Counted from the first letter of the stretch, positions 47,108-57,642 are shown. The stretch: 64,000 bases of DNA from Candidatus Omnitrophota bacterium (GCA_015233115.1 JADFYJ010000003.1:104536-168535), one strand, 5' to 3'. The notes: a model not told the origin generated them from the sequence alone. Made by a program: numbers and translations.

Positions 47108-47383
47108 TTACTTTGTTACTCTGTTACTCGGTTACTTTGTTACTTAATGATTACAGGAAATATATGAAGATAGAGTAGGGGGCACGCGGGTTGAGGATGT
47201 ACGCGATAAAAAATATAGATAATATGTTAAAGAAGATGATGGCTTTTGTAGAAAAATTGACTTAGTTTTTTTGTTTAATAATCTTAGCTTTAAATTTTTA
47301 GTTTTTGATTTTTTGTATTTGATTTTGTATAGCTTTTTTACGTTTTTACTCTGTCACTCGGTTACTTGGTTACTCTGTTACTA
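47108..47383. repeat. Two Family A right arms plus duplicated flanking segment before dnaK
   Basis: Arms at 47108-47147 and 47346-47383; TTAATGATTACAGGAAATA and GGGGCACGCGG..GATGTACGCGA shared with 14766-14828. Confidence 0.8.
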
Positions 47384-47410
47384 ATAATTTAATAACAAGA
47401 AGGAGAATAT

Positions 47411-49336
47411 ATGGCTAGAGCAATTGGAATTGATTTAGGGACTTCGAATTCAGCGGCTGCGGTGATGGAAGGCGGCCGGCCGGTGATTATTCCGTCTGCG
47501 GAAGGCGCGGGTGTGGCTTCGGGAAAGGCATTTCCGTCTTTTGTTTCATTTACGAAGGATGGTCAGCGTTTGGTGGGTGAACCTGCCCGGCGTCAAGCTC
47601 CGGTGAATTCAGAAGGAACGGTTTACGCGGCGAAACGTAAAATGGGAACAGATCATAAATTTAAAGTATATGGGAAAGAATACACTCCTCAGCAGATCAG
47701 CGCGTTTATTTTGCAGAAGATCAAGGCTGACGCGGAAAAATATTTAGGCGAGACTGTGGACGAAGCTGTGATTACAGTCCCGGCTTATTTTAATGACAAT
47801 CAGCGTCAAGCCACTAAAGATGCCGGCGAAATTGCTGGTTTAAAAGTGCTTCGTATTATCAATGAACCGACTGCCGCGTGTTTGGCGTATGGTTTGGACA
47901 AAGCGGGTAAAGAGCAGAAGATTATGGTCTTTGATCTCGGCGGCGGCACTTTGGACGTCACGATTTTGGACATGGGCTGGGATGAAGAACATAAAGCCGC
48001 TACCTTTGAAGTTTTGTCGACCAGTGGAGATAATTTGCTCGGTGGTACGGATATGGACAATGTGCTCATTGATTATATTATCGGTGAGTTCAAAAAAGAA
48101 TCAGGTATTGATCTTAAGAACGATAAAATGGCTTTTCAACGTTTGCGTGAAGCGGCCGAGAAAGCTAAAGTGGAATTATCCAGCACTGTTTCGACGGAAA
48201 TTAATTTGCCTTTTATTACGGCGGACGCGTCTGGTCCAAAGCATTTGACCATGACTTTGGAGAGATCGAAACTGGAAGATTTAGTGTCCAGTATCATTGA
48301 CCGTTGTTCTTCGCCGATTCGTAATGCCATGAAAGACGCTGGCGCAAAATATGGCGAGCAGGTTAAGATTGACCGTGTGATTATGGTCGGCGGACCGACC
48401 CGTATGCCGATTGTCCAGCGCTTCGTGGAAAAAGAAGTGGGACAAAAGATTGAAGGCGGCATTGATCCGATGGAATGCGTGGCTTTAGGCGCAGCTGTCC
48501 AGGCGGGAATTGTGCGCGGCGAAGCGAAAGAAGTTTTATTGCTCGACGTAACGCCTTTGGCCTTAGGGATTGAAACCTTAGGCGGAGTGTTCACTAAATT
48601 GATTGAACGCAATACCACCATCCCAACAAGAAAAAGTCAGGTATTTTCAACCGCTGAAGACAGTCAGTCCGCGGTGACCATCCGGGTTTTGCAAGGTGAA
48701 CGTCAAATGGCGAATGATAACACGGAACTAGGCCGTTTTGATTTGGTTGGCATTCCTCCAGCGCCACGAGGGATTCCGCAAGTTGAAGTCACGTTTGATA
48801 TTGATCAAAACGGGATTGTCCATGTTTCCGCCAAGGATAAGGGAACAGGAAAAGAACAATCGATCAAAATTACAGCTCCGACTAAATTGTCCAAAGAAGA
48901 GATTGAAAAGATGGTCAAGCAAGCGGAACAATTTGCGGAGACAGATAAAAAAATCCGTGAAGAAGCTGAGCTCTTGAATCAGGCTAACTCACTGGTGTAT
49001 ACAACTGAAAAATCATTAAAAGAATACGGTGATAAAGTTTCTGTAGAAGATAAAACCACGATCGAAAAAGCCATCGCGAGTTTGAAAGATTCCATTAAGG
49101 CTAAAGCGGCTGATAAGATCAAGTCTGACATGGAAGCTTTGCAAAAAGCCAGTTATAAATTAGCGGAAGAACTTTATAAAGCAACTAATGCCCAGCAACA
49201 GCCAGGAGCTGCTCCAGGAGCAGAGCCGGGTGCAGAACATACGCAGGAACAAAAATCTGAAGAACCGCAAAAGCCGTCAGAAGGAAAAAAAGATGATGTC
49301 ATAGACGCGGATTTTAAAGCGGAAAATGATAAATGA
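47411..49336 (+). CDS. dnaK: Chaperone DnaK
   Basis: [48 protein letters not shown]. Confidence 0.98.
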   Translation: MARAIGIDLGTSNSAAAVMEGGRPVIIPSAEGAGVASGKAFPSFVSFTKDGQRLVGEPARRQAPVNSEGTVYAAKRKMGTDHKFKVYGKEYTPQQISAFILQKIKADAEKYLGETVDEAVITVPAYFNDNQRQATKDAGEIAGLKVLRIINEPTAACLAYGLDKAGKEQKIMVFDLGGGTLDVTILDMGWDEEHKAATFEVLSTSGDNLLGGTDMDNVLIDYIIGEFKKESGIDLKNDKMAFQRLREAAEKAKVELSSTVSTEINLPFITADASGPKHLTMTLERSKLEDLVSSIIDRCSSPIRNAMKDAGAKYGEQVKIDRVIMVGGPTRMPIVQRFVEKEVGQKIEGGIDPMECVALGAAVQAGIVRGEAKEVLLLDVTPLALGIETLGGVFTKLIERNTTIPTRKSQVFSTAEDSQSAVTIRVLQGERQMANDNTELGRFDLVGIPPAPRGIPQVEVTFDIDQNGIVHVSAKDKGTGKEQSIKITAPTKLSKEEIEKMVKQAEQFAETDKKIREEAELLNQANSLVYTTEKSLKEYGDKVSVEDKTTIEKAIASLKDSIKAKAADKIKSDMEALQKASYKLAEELYKATNAQQQPGAAPGAEPGAEHTQEQKSEEPQKPSEGKKDDVIDADFKAENDK

Positions 49337-50496
49337 AAAAAGATTATTACGAAATTTTAGGCGTGGAAAGAGGAACGGAGCAGGCGGATATCAAGAAAAA
49401 ATACCGTTCCCTTGCCTTGAAGCATCATCCTGACCGCGTGCCGGAAAATGAAAAAAAAGCAGCTGAGGAAAAGTTTAAAGAGATTTCCGAAGCTTACGCT
49501 GTTTTAAGTGATCCGAAAAAGCGGGAAATGTATGACAAGTTTGGTCATTCAGGCATTGACCAGCAATATACGTCGGAAGACATATTTCGTGGCGCTGATT
49601 TTAGCAGTGTCTTTGGCGGAGACATGGGTTTGGAAGATGTGTTCAGCCAATTTTTTGGCGGCGGTGGCGGCGGATTTGAAAATATTTTTGGTTCTTCGTC
49701 CAGGCGCGGCGGTAGTCAACGCGGGGGGCCGAAGCGGGGAAGAGATATTCAGTATCAATTGGATGTTTCATTAGAGGAAGCATATAAAGGGGTGAAAAGA
49801 GAAGTTAAAGTACCCCGGTATGAATATTGTAAAACTTGCGACGGATCTGGAGCGAAATCCTCCAGCCACATCAAAACATGTACCACGTGTAATGGAGCCG
49901 GAGCAGTTATGACTTCAGCTGGTTTTTTCCGGATGCAGCAAACTTGTCCGGCGTGTCATGGTCAGGGAAAAGTTATCACGGAAGCCTGCAATCAATGCAA
50001 TGGCCAAGGTATGACTAAAGTGACCCGCAAGATTGATGTTAATGTTCCGGCAGGGGTTGATGATTCATCCCAGTTGCGGATTAAAAATGAAGGTGAGATT
50101 GGCAAAGGCGGCTCTGGTGATTTATACTTATTTATCCATGTGATGAATCATGATAAATTTGAACGCCAGGGAAGCGATCTATATATGAACCTGGGTCTGA
50201 GTTTTACCAGGGCAGCTTTGGGCGGTGAGGTAAAAATTTCAGCATTAAGCGGCCATGTAGATTTAAAAATTCCAGCAGGCATTCAAAGCGGTAAAGTGTT
50301 ACGCTTAAGAGGTGAAGGGATGCCGGATGTGCATAGTGGGTCTAAGGGAGACTTGTATGTACGTGTGATGATTGAAGTTCCAACTCGCTTAACGGAAGAA
50401 CAGCGCAAATTGTTAGAAGATTTCGCGCGTTTAAGCGGTGAAGAAGTTAAAAAAGAAGAGAAGTTTACAGATAAAATAAAAAAAGTGTTTAAATAA
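49333..50496 (+). CDS. dnaJ: Chaperone DnaJ
   Basis: J domain with HPD, G/F region, four CxxCxGxG repeats. Confidence 0.97.
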   Translation: MKKDYYEILGVERGTEQADIKKKYRSLALKHHPDRVPENEKKAAEEKFKEISEAYAVLSDPKKREMYDKFGHSGIDQQYTSEDIFRGADFSSVFGGDMGLEDVFSQFFGGGGGGFENIFGSSSRRGGSQRGGPKRGRDIQYQLDVSLEEAYKGVKREVKVPRYEYCKTCDGSGAKSSSHIKTCTTCNGAGAVMTSAGFFRMQQTCPACHGQGKVITEACNQCNGQGMTKVTRKIDVNVPAGVDDSSQLRIKNEGEIGKGGSGDLYLFIHVMNHDKFERQGSDLYMNLGLSFTRAALGGEVKISALSGHVDLKIPAGIQSGKVLRLRGEGMPDVHSGSKGDLYVRVMIEVPTRLTEEQRKLLEDFARLSGEEVKKEEKFTDKIKKVFK

Positions 50497-50507
50497 TGGA
50501 AAGAGTC

Positions 50508-50605
50508 GTAGGGGCGATCTCCTGATCGCCCGTTAAAAAATTAGCGCTTTTGTTTTTTGGTTTTGCTTTTGCTTTGTTACTCTGTTACTTGGTTACTCTG
50601 TTACT
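50508..50605. repeat. Single GTAG REP followed by Family A right arm
   Basis: GTAGGGGCGATCTCCTGATCGCCCGT; CTTTGTTACTCTGTTACTTGGTTACTCTGTTACT. Confidence 0.8.
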
Positions 50606-50631
50606 ATCAAAATTAATTAAAAGGAATTATT

Positions 50632-50913
50632 ATGCCAACGTATCAATATCAATGTGATGGTTGTGGATATTCTTTTGAGAAATATCAGTCTATAATGGAT
50701 GATAAGCTTAAAAAATGCCCCCATTGTCATAAAAGTAAGCTATGTCGCCTGGTGGGAAGCGGCGGCGCGATTACTTTTAAAGGCTCTGGTTTCTATCAAA
50801 CGGATTATAAAGGAACCAGTTGTCCGGCTGCAGATAATTCTTCCAGTAAAGATACGTCAAAGCCTGCTGATTGTCCGGTCGCTAAGAGTGGAGCCTGTCA
50901 TTGCTGCAAATAA
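50632..50913 (+). CDS. FmdB family zinc-ribbon protein
   Basis: MPTYQYQC..C..FE, CPHC, FKGSGFYQTDY. Confidence 0.9.
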   Translation: MPTYQYQCDGCGYSFEKYQSIMDDKLKKCPHCHKSKLCRLVGSGGAITFKGSGFYQTDYKGTSCPAADNSSSKDTSKPADCPVAKSGACHCCK

Positions 50914-51269
50914 GAAAATTTCTCAGTTTTTGGTTCCCTGTCCTGCTTTATTCTGCTATTATCTTTGCTGCTTCATCAATACAGAATGTCGCACTGCCTG
51001 GGAGCGTTCCTAATTTTGATAAAGTATTGCATATTGGGGAATATGTTGTTTTGGGCTTATTGTTAGCTAGGGCGTTGAATAGCATAGAGTTTAAGCTTTC
51101 CTTAAAACAGATTTGGCTATTGGCAGCAGTGCTTTGTTTTATTTACGGCTTAACCGATGAATGGCATCAATCATTTGTTCCTGGGAGAACAGCAGATATA
51201 TGGGATGCCATAGCTGATTTCATTGGCGGTGGTTTGGGGGGGTGGATATGGCTTTTTATCAAGAGGTAA
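50901..51269 (+). CDS. VanZ family membrane protein
   Basis: DKVLH..EY, DEWHQSFVPGR...D..AD. Confidence 0.85.
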   Translation: MLQIRKFLSFWFPVLLYSAIIFAASSIQNVALPGSVPNFDKVLHIGEYVVLGLLLARALNSIEFKLSLKQIWLLAAVLCFIYGLTDEWHQSFVPGRTADIWDAIADFIGGGLGGWIWLFIKR

Positions 51270-51351
51270 TCGTGGTAAAGGTTGTAAAAGAACCTGCGAT
51301 TGATAGAAAAACGATCGGTGAAAAAAAATTAAAAGTTAGGTAAAAATTTAT

Positions 51352-52617
51352 ATGCAAAACACGATTAAACCATTTAAAGCATATTATTATAATCCGGAGA
51401 AAGTAGATTTCGCTAAGGTGGTTTGTCCGCCTTATGATGTGATATCTGCTGATGATCAAGTAAAACTACATGAACGCAGCCCCTATAATTTTACCCATAT
51501 TGATCTGGGAAAAGATAAACCTTCCGATAGCAAAGACAATAATAAGTATACCCGTGCGAAGACTATTTTTGATACTTGGGTTGAAAAAAATATCATTATG
51601 CAGGATGAAATGCCCAGTATTTATTTTTACAAGCAGGAATATAAAATCGTTGGACAGAAACACTGCCGCGTAGGATTTATTTCTTTAATGCATCTTAAAA
51701 ACGATCAGGAGTCCAAAGTTTTTCCGCATGAAAATACTCATGCCCATGCTGTGGATGACCGGTTACAATTGACCAAAGCTTTAGACGCGAATTTGAGCTG
51801 TATTTTTGTGTGTTATGCTGACCAGCAGAAAAAAGTGGAAAATATTTTTAACCACAAAGTGGCAGCGTCGATGCCTATGGTGGACGTGAAAGATGATGAT
51901 GGCGTGCGGCATATTTTATGGAGGTTGTCTGATCCGGTATTAATTAAACAAGTTCAGCAGACATTGGAAGGCCAGCAATTATTTATTGCTGATGGTCACC
52001 ACAGATTTAAGGTGGCTAACGAATATCGTCAGTTCCGCAGTGGGAGTAAAAAAAGTATATCTGGCGAAGAACCGTTTAATTATGTCATGACTTATTTTAC
52101 AAATATTGATTCAAAAGACCTTAAGATTTTTCCCATGCATCGGATTGTGAAAAAATTTAAAGCAGATCTTACTTCTTTAGAAGAGTTTTTTAGAATAGAC
52201 CGCATCAAAAATAAAGCAGAATTGCCAATTCTTTTAGCTCAAGCCGGCCGCAATGAACACACCTTTGTTTTATATACTAAAGAGGGGAGCCGCCTGCTTC
52301 GGCTGAAAAACCGTTTGCTTATTGATGAAGTGGTGAAAGATGGTTCCAGCGAATACAAACGGTTGGATGCCGTCATCCTGAAAAATTTTATGTTTGATAA
52401 ATTAGGCATCAAATCTGAAGATATTATTTATACTAAAGATATGAATGAGGTCATGAGTGCTGTGGATAATGGACAGGCTGAAGCGGGTTTTATTTTAAAT
52501 CCGGTCAGAATTGAACAATTGAAAGCTATCGCTCTTAACGGCGAAAAAATGCCGCCTAAGACGACTTATTTTTATCCAAAAGTTTTATCTGGTTTGACTG
52601 TTTATAAAATGGAATAG
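51352..52617 (+). CDS. DUF1015 family protein
   Basis: PPYDVI, PHENT, IADGHHR, MPPKTTYFYPK. Confidence 0.9.
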   Translation: MQNTIKPFKAYYYNPEKVDFAKVVCPPYDVISADDQVKLHERSPYNFTHIDLGKDKPSDSKDNNKYTRAKTIFDTWVEKNIIMQDEMPSIYFYKQEYKIVGQKHCRVGFISLMHLKNDQESKVFPHENTHAHAVDDRLQLTKALDANLSCIFVCYADQQKKVENIFNHKVAASMPMVDVKDDDGVRHILWRLSDPVLIKQVQQTLEGQQLFIADGHHRFKVANEYRQFRSGSKKSISGEEPFNYVMTYFTNIDSKDLKIFPMHRIVKKFKADLTSLEEFFRIDRIKNKAELPILLAQAGRNEHTFVLYTKEGSRLLRLKNRLLIDEVVKDGSSEYKRLDAVILKNFMFDKLGIKSEDIIYTKDMNEVMSAVDNGQAEAGFILNPVRIEQLKAIALNGEKMPPKTTYFYPKVLSGLTVYKME

Positions 52618-52624
52618 GAGAACT

Positions 52625-52745
52625 GCGCGCGGGTTGGGACGGTTTGCATTCAAACCAAATCCTTCGCTCAAACAACCTTGGCGAAGCGCCAAGGAAACTC
52701 GCTCGGGGATTCGGTTTAAACGCAAACCTATATTTTGAGCGCGCG
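52625..52745. repeat. Family C hairpin element, copy 6
   Basis: Inner hairpin CCTTGGCGAAGCGCCAAGG. Confidence 0.9.
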
Positions 52746-52775
52746 ATTAATGAATTTTTTAGGAGACAGTACCTC

Positions 52776-53621
52776 ATGGTCTTATTCGGAAGAAAAGAAT
52801 ATACTTTGGTGAATGTAAAAAAACGCGGGATCCCTGCGGGTTTGTGGGAAAAATGTCCGGAGTGTGACGCGCCTATTTACAAAAAAGAGCTGGATAATAA
52901 TTGGAATGTTTGTTTAAAATGCGGCTATCATATGACGCTGTCTGCCAGGCAAAGGATTCAGCTTTTGGTTGATCAAGGCACTTTTGAAGAACATGACGCG
53001 GAAATGTTATCTAAAGATCCATTGCATTTTAAGGGGCCTAAGACTTATCAAGCAAAATTAGAAGCAGATCAAAGGGCAACGGGTTTGTTAGACGCAGCCA
53101 TAACTGGTAAAGGAAATATCGATGGCCGTCCCTGCGCGATTGCGGTTACGGATTCGCAGTTTATTATGGGGTCGATGGGTTCGGTGGTGGGTGAAAAGAT
53201 TACGCGTGCGATTGAATATGCGACGAAAAACAGTTTGCCGGTGCTTATTGTGTCCGGTTCCGGCGGAGGCGCGCGGATGTATGAAGGTGCTATTTCGTTG
53301 ATGCAGATGGCCAAGACTTGTGCCGCTTTGGCCAAACATGCGGAAGCTAAACTCTTATATATTTCGCTTTTAACCAACCCGACCATGGGCGGTATCATGG
53401 CTTCATTTGCCGGCGTGGGGGATATCATTATGGCAGAACCGCGCGCGTTAATTGGTTTTGCCGGGCCGCGGGTTATTGAACAGACCATACGCCAAAAATT
53501 ACCGGACGGATTTCAAAGCTCCGAATTTATGCTGGCGCATGGGCTTTTGGATCTCATCACGCACCGGTCAGAACTTAAAAAACAAATCAGCCTCTTGATC
53601 AGTTATGCCACAAAGAGGTAA
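52776..53621 (+). CDS. accD: Acetyl-CoA carboxylase carboxyltransferase beta subunit
   Basis: LWEKCPEC..C..C zinc finger, GSMGSVVGEK, GGARMYEG, LIGFAGPRVIEQT; AGGAG RBS before 52776. Confidence 0.95.
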   Translation: MVLFGRKEYTLVNVKKRGIPAGLWEKCPECDAPIYKKELDNNWNVCLKCGYHMTLSARQRIQLLVDQGTFEEHDAEMLSKDPLHFKGPKTYQAKLEADQRATGLLDAAITGKGNIDGRPCAIAVTDSQFIMGSMGSVVGEKITRAIEYATKNSLPVLIVSGSGGGARMYEGAISLMQMAKTCAALAKHAEAKLLYISLLTNPTMGGIMASFAGVGDIIMAEPRALIGFAGPRVIEQTIRQKLPDGFQSSEFMLAHGLLDLITHRSELKKQISLLISYATKR

Positions 53622-53681
53622 TGGTTGCTTTTGATCAGTGTTGTGTATAAATTATAGATTGTAATTATATTAATCGTTTTT

Positions 53682-53880
53682 GCATTGTTACGTTTTTAAT
53701 AAAGCGCGTGGGTAGGGCGGTTGGCATTTAAACCAAATCCTTCGCTCAAACAGCAGCGACTCGGCGTCGCTGAACTCGCTCGGGGATTCGGTTTTAACGC
53801 CAACCTTGAGTATGGGCACGCGGTTACCAGATTTGCTTTGCAGTTTTTTTGCACTGTCACACTGTTACATTGTTACTTAA
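53682..53880. repeat. Family C copy 7 (53704-53825) flanked by Family B right arms
   Basis: Inner hairpin CAGCGACTCGGCGTCGCTG; B arms at 53682-53699 and 53851-53880. Confidence 0.88.
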
Positions 53881-53895
53881 TAAGGCGAAAGACCT

Positions 53896-54999
53896 ATGGC
53901 ACAAATTAGTTTAGAAAATGTTTCAAAAACATATAAAACCGGCTTTGAGGCAGTTAAACACTTTAAGCTGGGTGTCGAAAACAGGGAATTTATGGTTATG
54001 GTCGGCCCGTCGGGCTGCGGGAAGTCTACGACTTTGCGTATGATTGCCGGGTTGGAAGAAATTTCAGAAGGCAAAATTTGGATCGGTAACCGGCTGGTGA
54101 ATGATGTTCCGGCTAAAGACCGCAATATTGCTATGGTGTTTCAAAATTATTCTTTGTATCCTCACATGACGGTTTATGAAAACATGTCGTTTGGTTTACG
54201 TCTGAGAAAATATCCTAAAATCGAAATTGACCGCCGGGTGTATGAAGCAGCTGAAATTTTGGGAATTCGGAGCATGATCGAACGCCGGCCGCGTCAGCTT
54301 TCCGGCGGGGAACGTCAGCGTGTGGCGTTAGGACGGGCCATTGTCCGCAAACCGGAAGTTTTTTTATTTGATGAGCCTTTGAGCAATTTAGACGCGAAAA
54401 TGCGCGTACAGATGCGGACCGAAATTCATAAATTGCGGACCCGCTTGCAGACGACGTTTGTTTATGTCACCCATGATCAGACGGAAGCGTTAACTTTAGG
54501 GGATCGTATCTGTGTTATGAAAGGCGGTGTTATCCAGCAGTGTGCTGATCCGATAACGATTTATGACCGTCCAGTCAATTTATTTGTAGCGGGTTTTATC
54601 GGTACTCCACCTATCAGTACCATGGTCGGGCGGATCATTAAAAAAGAACGCAGATATTATTTTGATGAAGGTAAATTTAAGGTTAAACTTGTTGAAGACA
54701 TGTTTAAAGCCCTATCCGCGTATGAAGATAAAGATGTCGTGCTGGGGATACGAGCGGAAGATATTTATGATAAATTGTTTGTTTCAGAAGCGCCTCCAGA
54801 TAATATTGTCCGCGCTACTTGTGAAGTGGTAGAACCGATGGGCTCGGATGTTTATCTCCACTTAAATACCGGGAAAAGTCATTTTATAGCGCGCGTTGGT
54901 TCACACAATCGTCCGGAAGTCAATCGTGACATGGACGTGGTGTTTGACATGAACAAGGTGCATTTTTTTGACACGAGCAGCGAACTCACAATTATTTAG
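53896..54999 (+). CDS. MalK/UgpC-type sugar ABC transporter ATP-binding subunit
   Basis: GPSGCGKST, VFQNYSLYPH, LSGGERQR, FLFDEPLSNLD, TOBE tail. Confidence 0.93.
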   Translation: MAQISLENVSKTYKTGFEAVKHFKLGVENREFMVMVGPSGCGKSTTLRMIAGLEEISEGKIWIGNRLVNDVPAKDRNIAMVFQNYSLYPHMTVYENMSFGLRLRKYPKIEIDRRVYEAAEILGIRSMIERRPRQLSGGERQRVALGRAIVRKPEVFLFDEPLSNLDAKMRVQMRTEIHKLRTRLQTTFVYVTHDQTEALTLGDRICVMKGGVIQQCADPITIYDRPVNLFVAGFIGTPPISTMVGRIIKKERRYYFDEGKFKVKLVEDMFKALSAYEDKDVVLGIRAEDIYDKLFVSEAPPDNIVRATCEVVEPMGSDVYLHLNTGKSHFIARVGSHNRPEVNRDMDVVFDMNKVHFFDTSSELTII

Positions 55000-56266
55000 C
55001 CGTGACACGTTAACCGCGTGGAGCCTACTGGGTTTTTTAGCAGTATTTTTTCTTTACGCGGCAGTCTTTGAATTGCGTTTTTTTGGCGTGCTTGCTTTCG
55101 GTGCGTTGGCAATCTTCGCATTTATTTTTCCTTTCCATTTCTATATTCAAAAAAAACAATCATCCTCATCGCTTCATTTGGAACAAAAACAAGAAGAAGT
55201 CAATCTGGCCCAGGCTGAAATTAATAAATTGGAACTGGCCTCTCAATCTTACCGTACAAAAATTATTAATTATTCTCAACTTAAAGGCTTAACTGAAAAA
55301 TTAAGCATGTGTTTATATGTTGAAGACACTTCGCGGGTTTTGTCGTCAGAGGCTAATCGGCTATTCGGCGGTCAGGACACGACCATCATTCTGTATTTAT
55401 TCCACTCGAGAACGGGTGATTTGGGAATATCTGCGTCCCATAAAGGACAGATGAAAGTCAATTTGAAATCAAAAAAAGGCGATATTTATGATCAATGGGT
55501 GATCAAGGCTATGCAGCCTCTTTTGGTGGAAGATACTAAAGCGGATTACCGGTTTGACGTTGATAAGTTTGAAAAGGAAGATTCTCGGCCAATCCGTTCT
55601 CTGGTCAGCGTGCCCTTGATGGGGGGACAAAAGGCGCTGGGTATTTTGCGAATTGATAGTCCGAAAGAAAATTATTTTGACACGGAAGATCTTCGGTTCT
55701 TAAAAACGATTGGTGATTTGGGCGCGATTGGTATTGAGAATGCCCAGCTTTATGAGCGGGTGGAACAATTAGCTATTCGTGACGGATTAACCGGGCTTTA
55801 TTTGCGCAAATATTTGTATGACCGTATACCAGAAGAATTTAGCCGTCATTTGCGCACGAAAGCTTCCGTGTCTTTGTTGATGGCCGATTTGGATAACTTC
55901 AAGCAGTATAATGATAAATTCGGGCACATGGCTGGAGATATTGTCCTCAGGACTTTCGCGATGTTTATGACTGAATTGTTCAAAGATTTACCCGGTTCTG
56001 TAGTTTGTCGGTATGGAGGAGAAGAATTCTGCGTTCTTGTGCCATATTGTGATAAGGCTCAGGCGGGAGATCTAGCCGAAAAATTACGGAAAAAAATTGA
56101 AGGTCAGCCGATCTTACTCCGCCGCGAAAAAACGCAAATCACCATATCTATCGGGATTGCGACTTTTCCGGATGATGCGGTGCTTAAAGAAGAATTGATC
56201 TTAAAGGCGGATCAGGCTTTGTATTCAGCAAAAGCAAAGGGGCGGAATCGGGTGGGGTTTGCTTGA
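54968..56266 (+). CDS. Membrane-bound GAF-GGDEF diguanylate cyclase (start uncertain)
   Basis: Two TM helices, GAF, DGLTGL, DLDNFKQYND, RYGGEEF. Confidence 0.88.
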   Translation: MTRAANSQLFSRDTLTAWSLLGFLAVFFLYAAVFELRFFGVLAFGALAIFAFIFPFHFYIQKKQSSSSLHLEQKQEEVNLAQAEINKLELASQSYRTKIINYSQLKGLTEKLSMCLYVEDTSRVLSSEANRLFGGQDTTIILYLFHSRTGDLGISASHKGQMKVNLKSKKGDIYDQWVIKAMQPLLVEDTKADYRFDVDKFEKEDSRPIRSLVSVPLMGGQKALGILRIDSPKENYFDTEDLRFLKTIGDLGAIGIENAQLYERVEQLAIRDGLTGLYLRKYLYDRIPEEFSRHLRTKASVSLLMADLDNFKQYNDKFGHMAGDIVLRTFAMFMTELFKDLPGSVVCRYGGEEFCVLVPYCDKAQAGDLAEKLRKKIEGQPILLRREKTQITISIGIATFPDDAVLKEELILKADQALYSAKAKGRNRVGFA

Positions 56267-56270
56267 TAAG

Positions 56271-56467
56271 CATGTAGTATGTGGTATGTCGTATGTGGTG
56301 AAAAAGCCGTTGTTGAAAATCGATAGGTGTAGTGAAGGATGTGACAGTAGGCAGTAAAAAAATATAAAATAAAGATAAAATTTTTTTAAGAATTTTGGGC
56401 TAGAATTATTTGTGAATGTTTTTTATTTTTCGGTTTTTCTACATGCCACATACTACATACGACATAC
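56271..56467. repeat. Family D inverted heptamer element between the two GGDEF genes
   Basis: CATGTAGTATGTGGTATGTCGTATGTGG-TGAAAAAGCCGTTG ... CTACATGCCACATACTACATACGACATAC. Confidence 0.88.
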
Positions 56468-56487
56468 TAGTTGATTAGGAGTTATTA

Positions 56488-57519
56488 ATGGTATTCACAA
56501 TTTTTACGATTTTATTTGTTATATTTCTCATTATCTCTGGGTGGCTAGCCCGCCGGATCGTCCGCTTGGTTGATGATGAGTTAACACGTAAGTTAGCCGT
56601 GGAAGATGAGAGCTATCGTAAATATCTTGACCAAAAAATTGTCGCGGTTAAGAAACGAAAAGAATTGGAATCTGAATCAGCGGAGATTTTCACTTTATAT
56701 GAAATGACCAAAGATATTGTGGTGGCGTTTAATGAGGCAGAAGCGTTACAGATTTTCAAGAATAAAATAGCTCAGCATGTACGGGTTGAACAATGTGAAT
56801 TTTTTGAAATGGAAACAACCGCAGAAATGCGGTCATCCAAAAAAGACGCGGAGCATTGTGTTTTTACTCTGCAGGGGAAAAATAGTAAGCTGGGTTATTT
56901 GGATTTTATCGGTATTCATCCGGATGATAAAGAAAAAGCCGCTATTCTTGTCCAACAATTTGCGCTAGCGTTAAGACGGGTACGGTTACGGGAAGAAATT
57001 GAACGTTTGGCCATCACGGACAGTTTGACGGAGGTATATACACGGCGTTACGTTTTAGAACGGTTCAATGAAGATATCAAACGGTCTAAACATCGCAATA
57101 TGCAGACATCATTGTTAATGATAGATGTGGATTTTTTTAAGAAATATAATGATGATTTTGGGCATCTGGTCGGAGACCGGATCTTGCGCGAAATAGGGCA
57201 GATTATCAAAACGCATATCCGTGAAATTGATATTGCGGGGCGTTATGGCGGAGAAGAATTTTGTGTCGTCCTGCCGGATACAGATAAAGACGGTGCCGCG
57301 TTTGTCGCAGAACGTATTCGTGCTGCTGCGGAACAGGCAGAGATTGATGCCTATGATGCCAGAATCAATGTGACGTTGAGTATAGGAACTTCGTCTTTTC
57401 CAAAAGATGGCAAAACTATTGATGAGTTGGTAGATAAGGCAGATTGGGCATTGTATCGGGCAAAAAAAATTGGCCGGAATAAAGTCTGCGCCTTTGGAGT
57501 ATACGAAGACTCCGTTTAG
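56488..57519 (+). CDS. Membrane-anchored GGDEF diguanylate cyclase with RxxD I-site
   Basis: N-terminal TM, DSLTEV, DVDFFKKYND, REID..GRYGGEEF. Confidence 0.9.
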   Translation: MVFTIFTILFVIFLIISGWLARRIVRLVDDELTRKLAVEDESYRKYLDQKIVAVKKRKELESESAEIFTLYEMTKDIVVAFNEAEALQIFKNKIAQHVRVEQCEFFEMETTAEMRSSKKDAEHCVFTLQGKNSKLGYLDFIGIHPDDKEKAAILVQQFALALRRVRLREEIERLAITDSLTEVYTRRYVLERFNEDIKRSKHRNMQTSLLMIDVDFFKKYNDDFGHLVGDRILREIGQIIKTHIREIDIAGRYGGEEFCVVLPDTDKDGAAFVAERIRAAAEQAEIDAYDARINVTLSIGTSSFPKDGKTIDELVDKADWALYRAKKIGRNKVCAFGVYEDSV

Positions 57520-57642
57520 GAACTGTTTGAAAACGCCCATCTGCGGCGTTATTCTCTCGTTCGCTTGTGCGGCGTACTTACTGCTGTACGCCTCCGCGTT
57601 CACTCGGGAATGCCTTGCATCTGGGCATTTTGAAACAGTTCC
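57519..57642. mobile_element. MITE-like element with 15-bp terminal inverted repeats
   Basis: GGAACTGTTTGAAAA / TTTTGAAACAGTTCC, internal GGCGTAC..GTACGCC hairpin; begins at the TAG stop. Confidence 0.65.
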
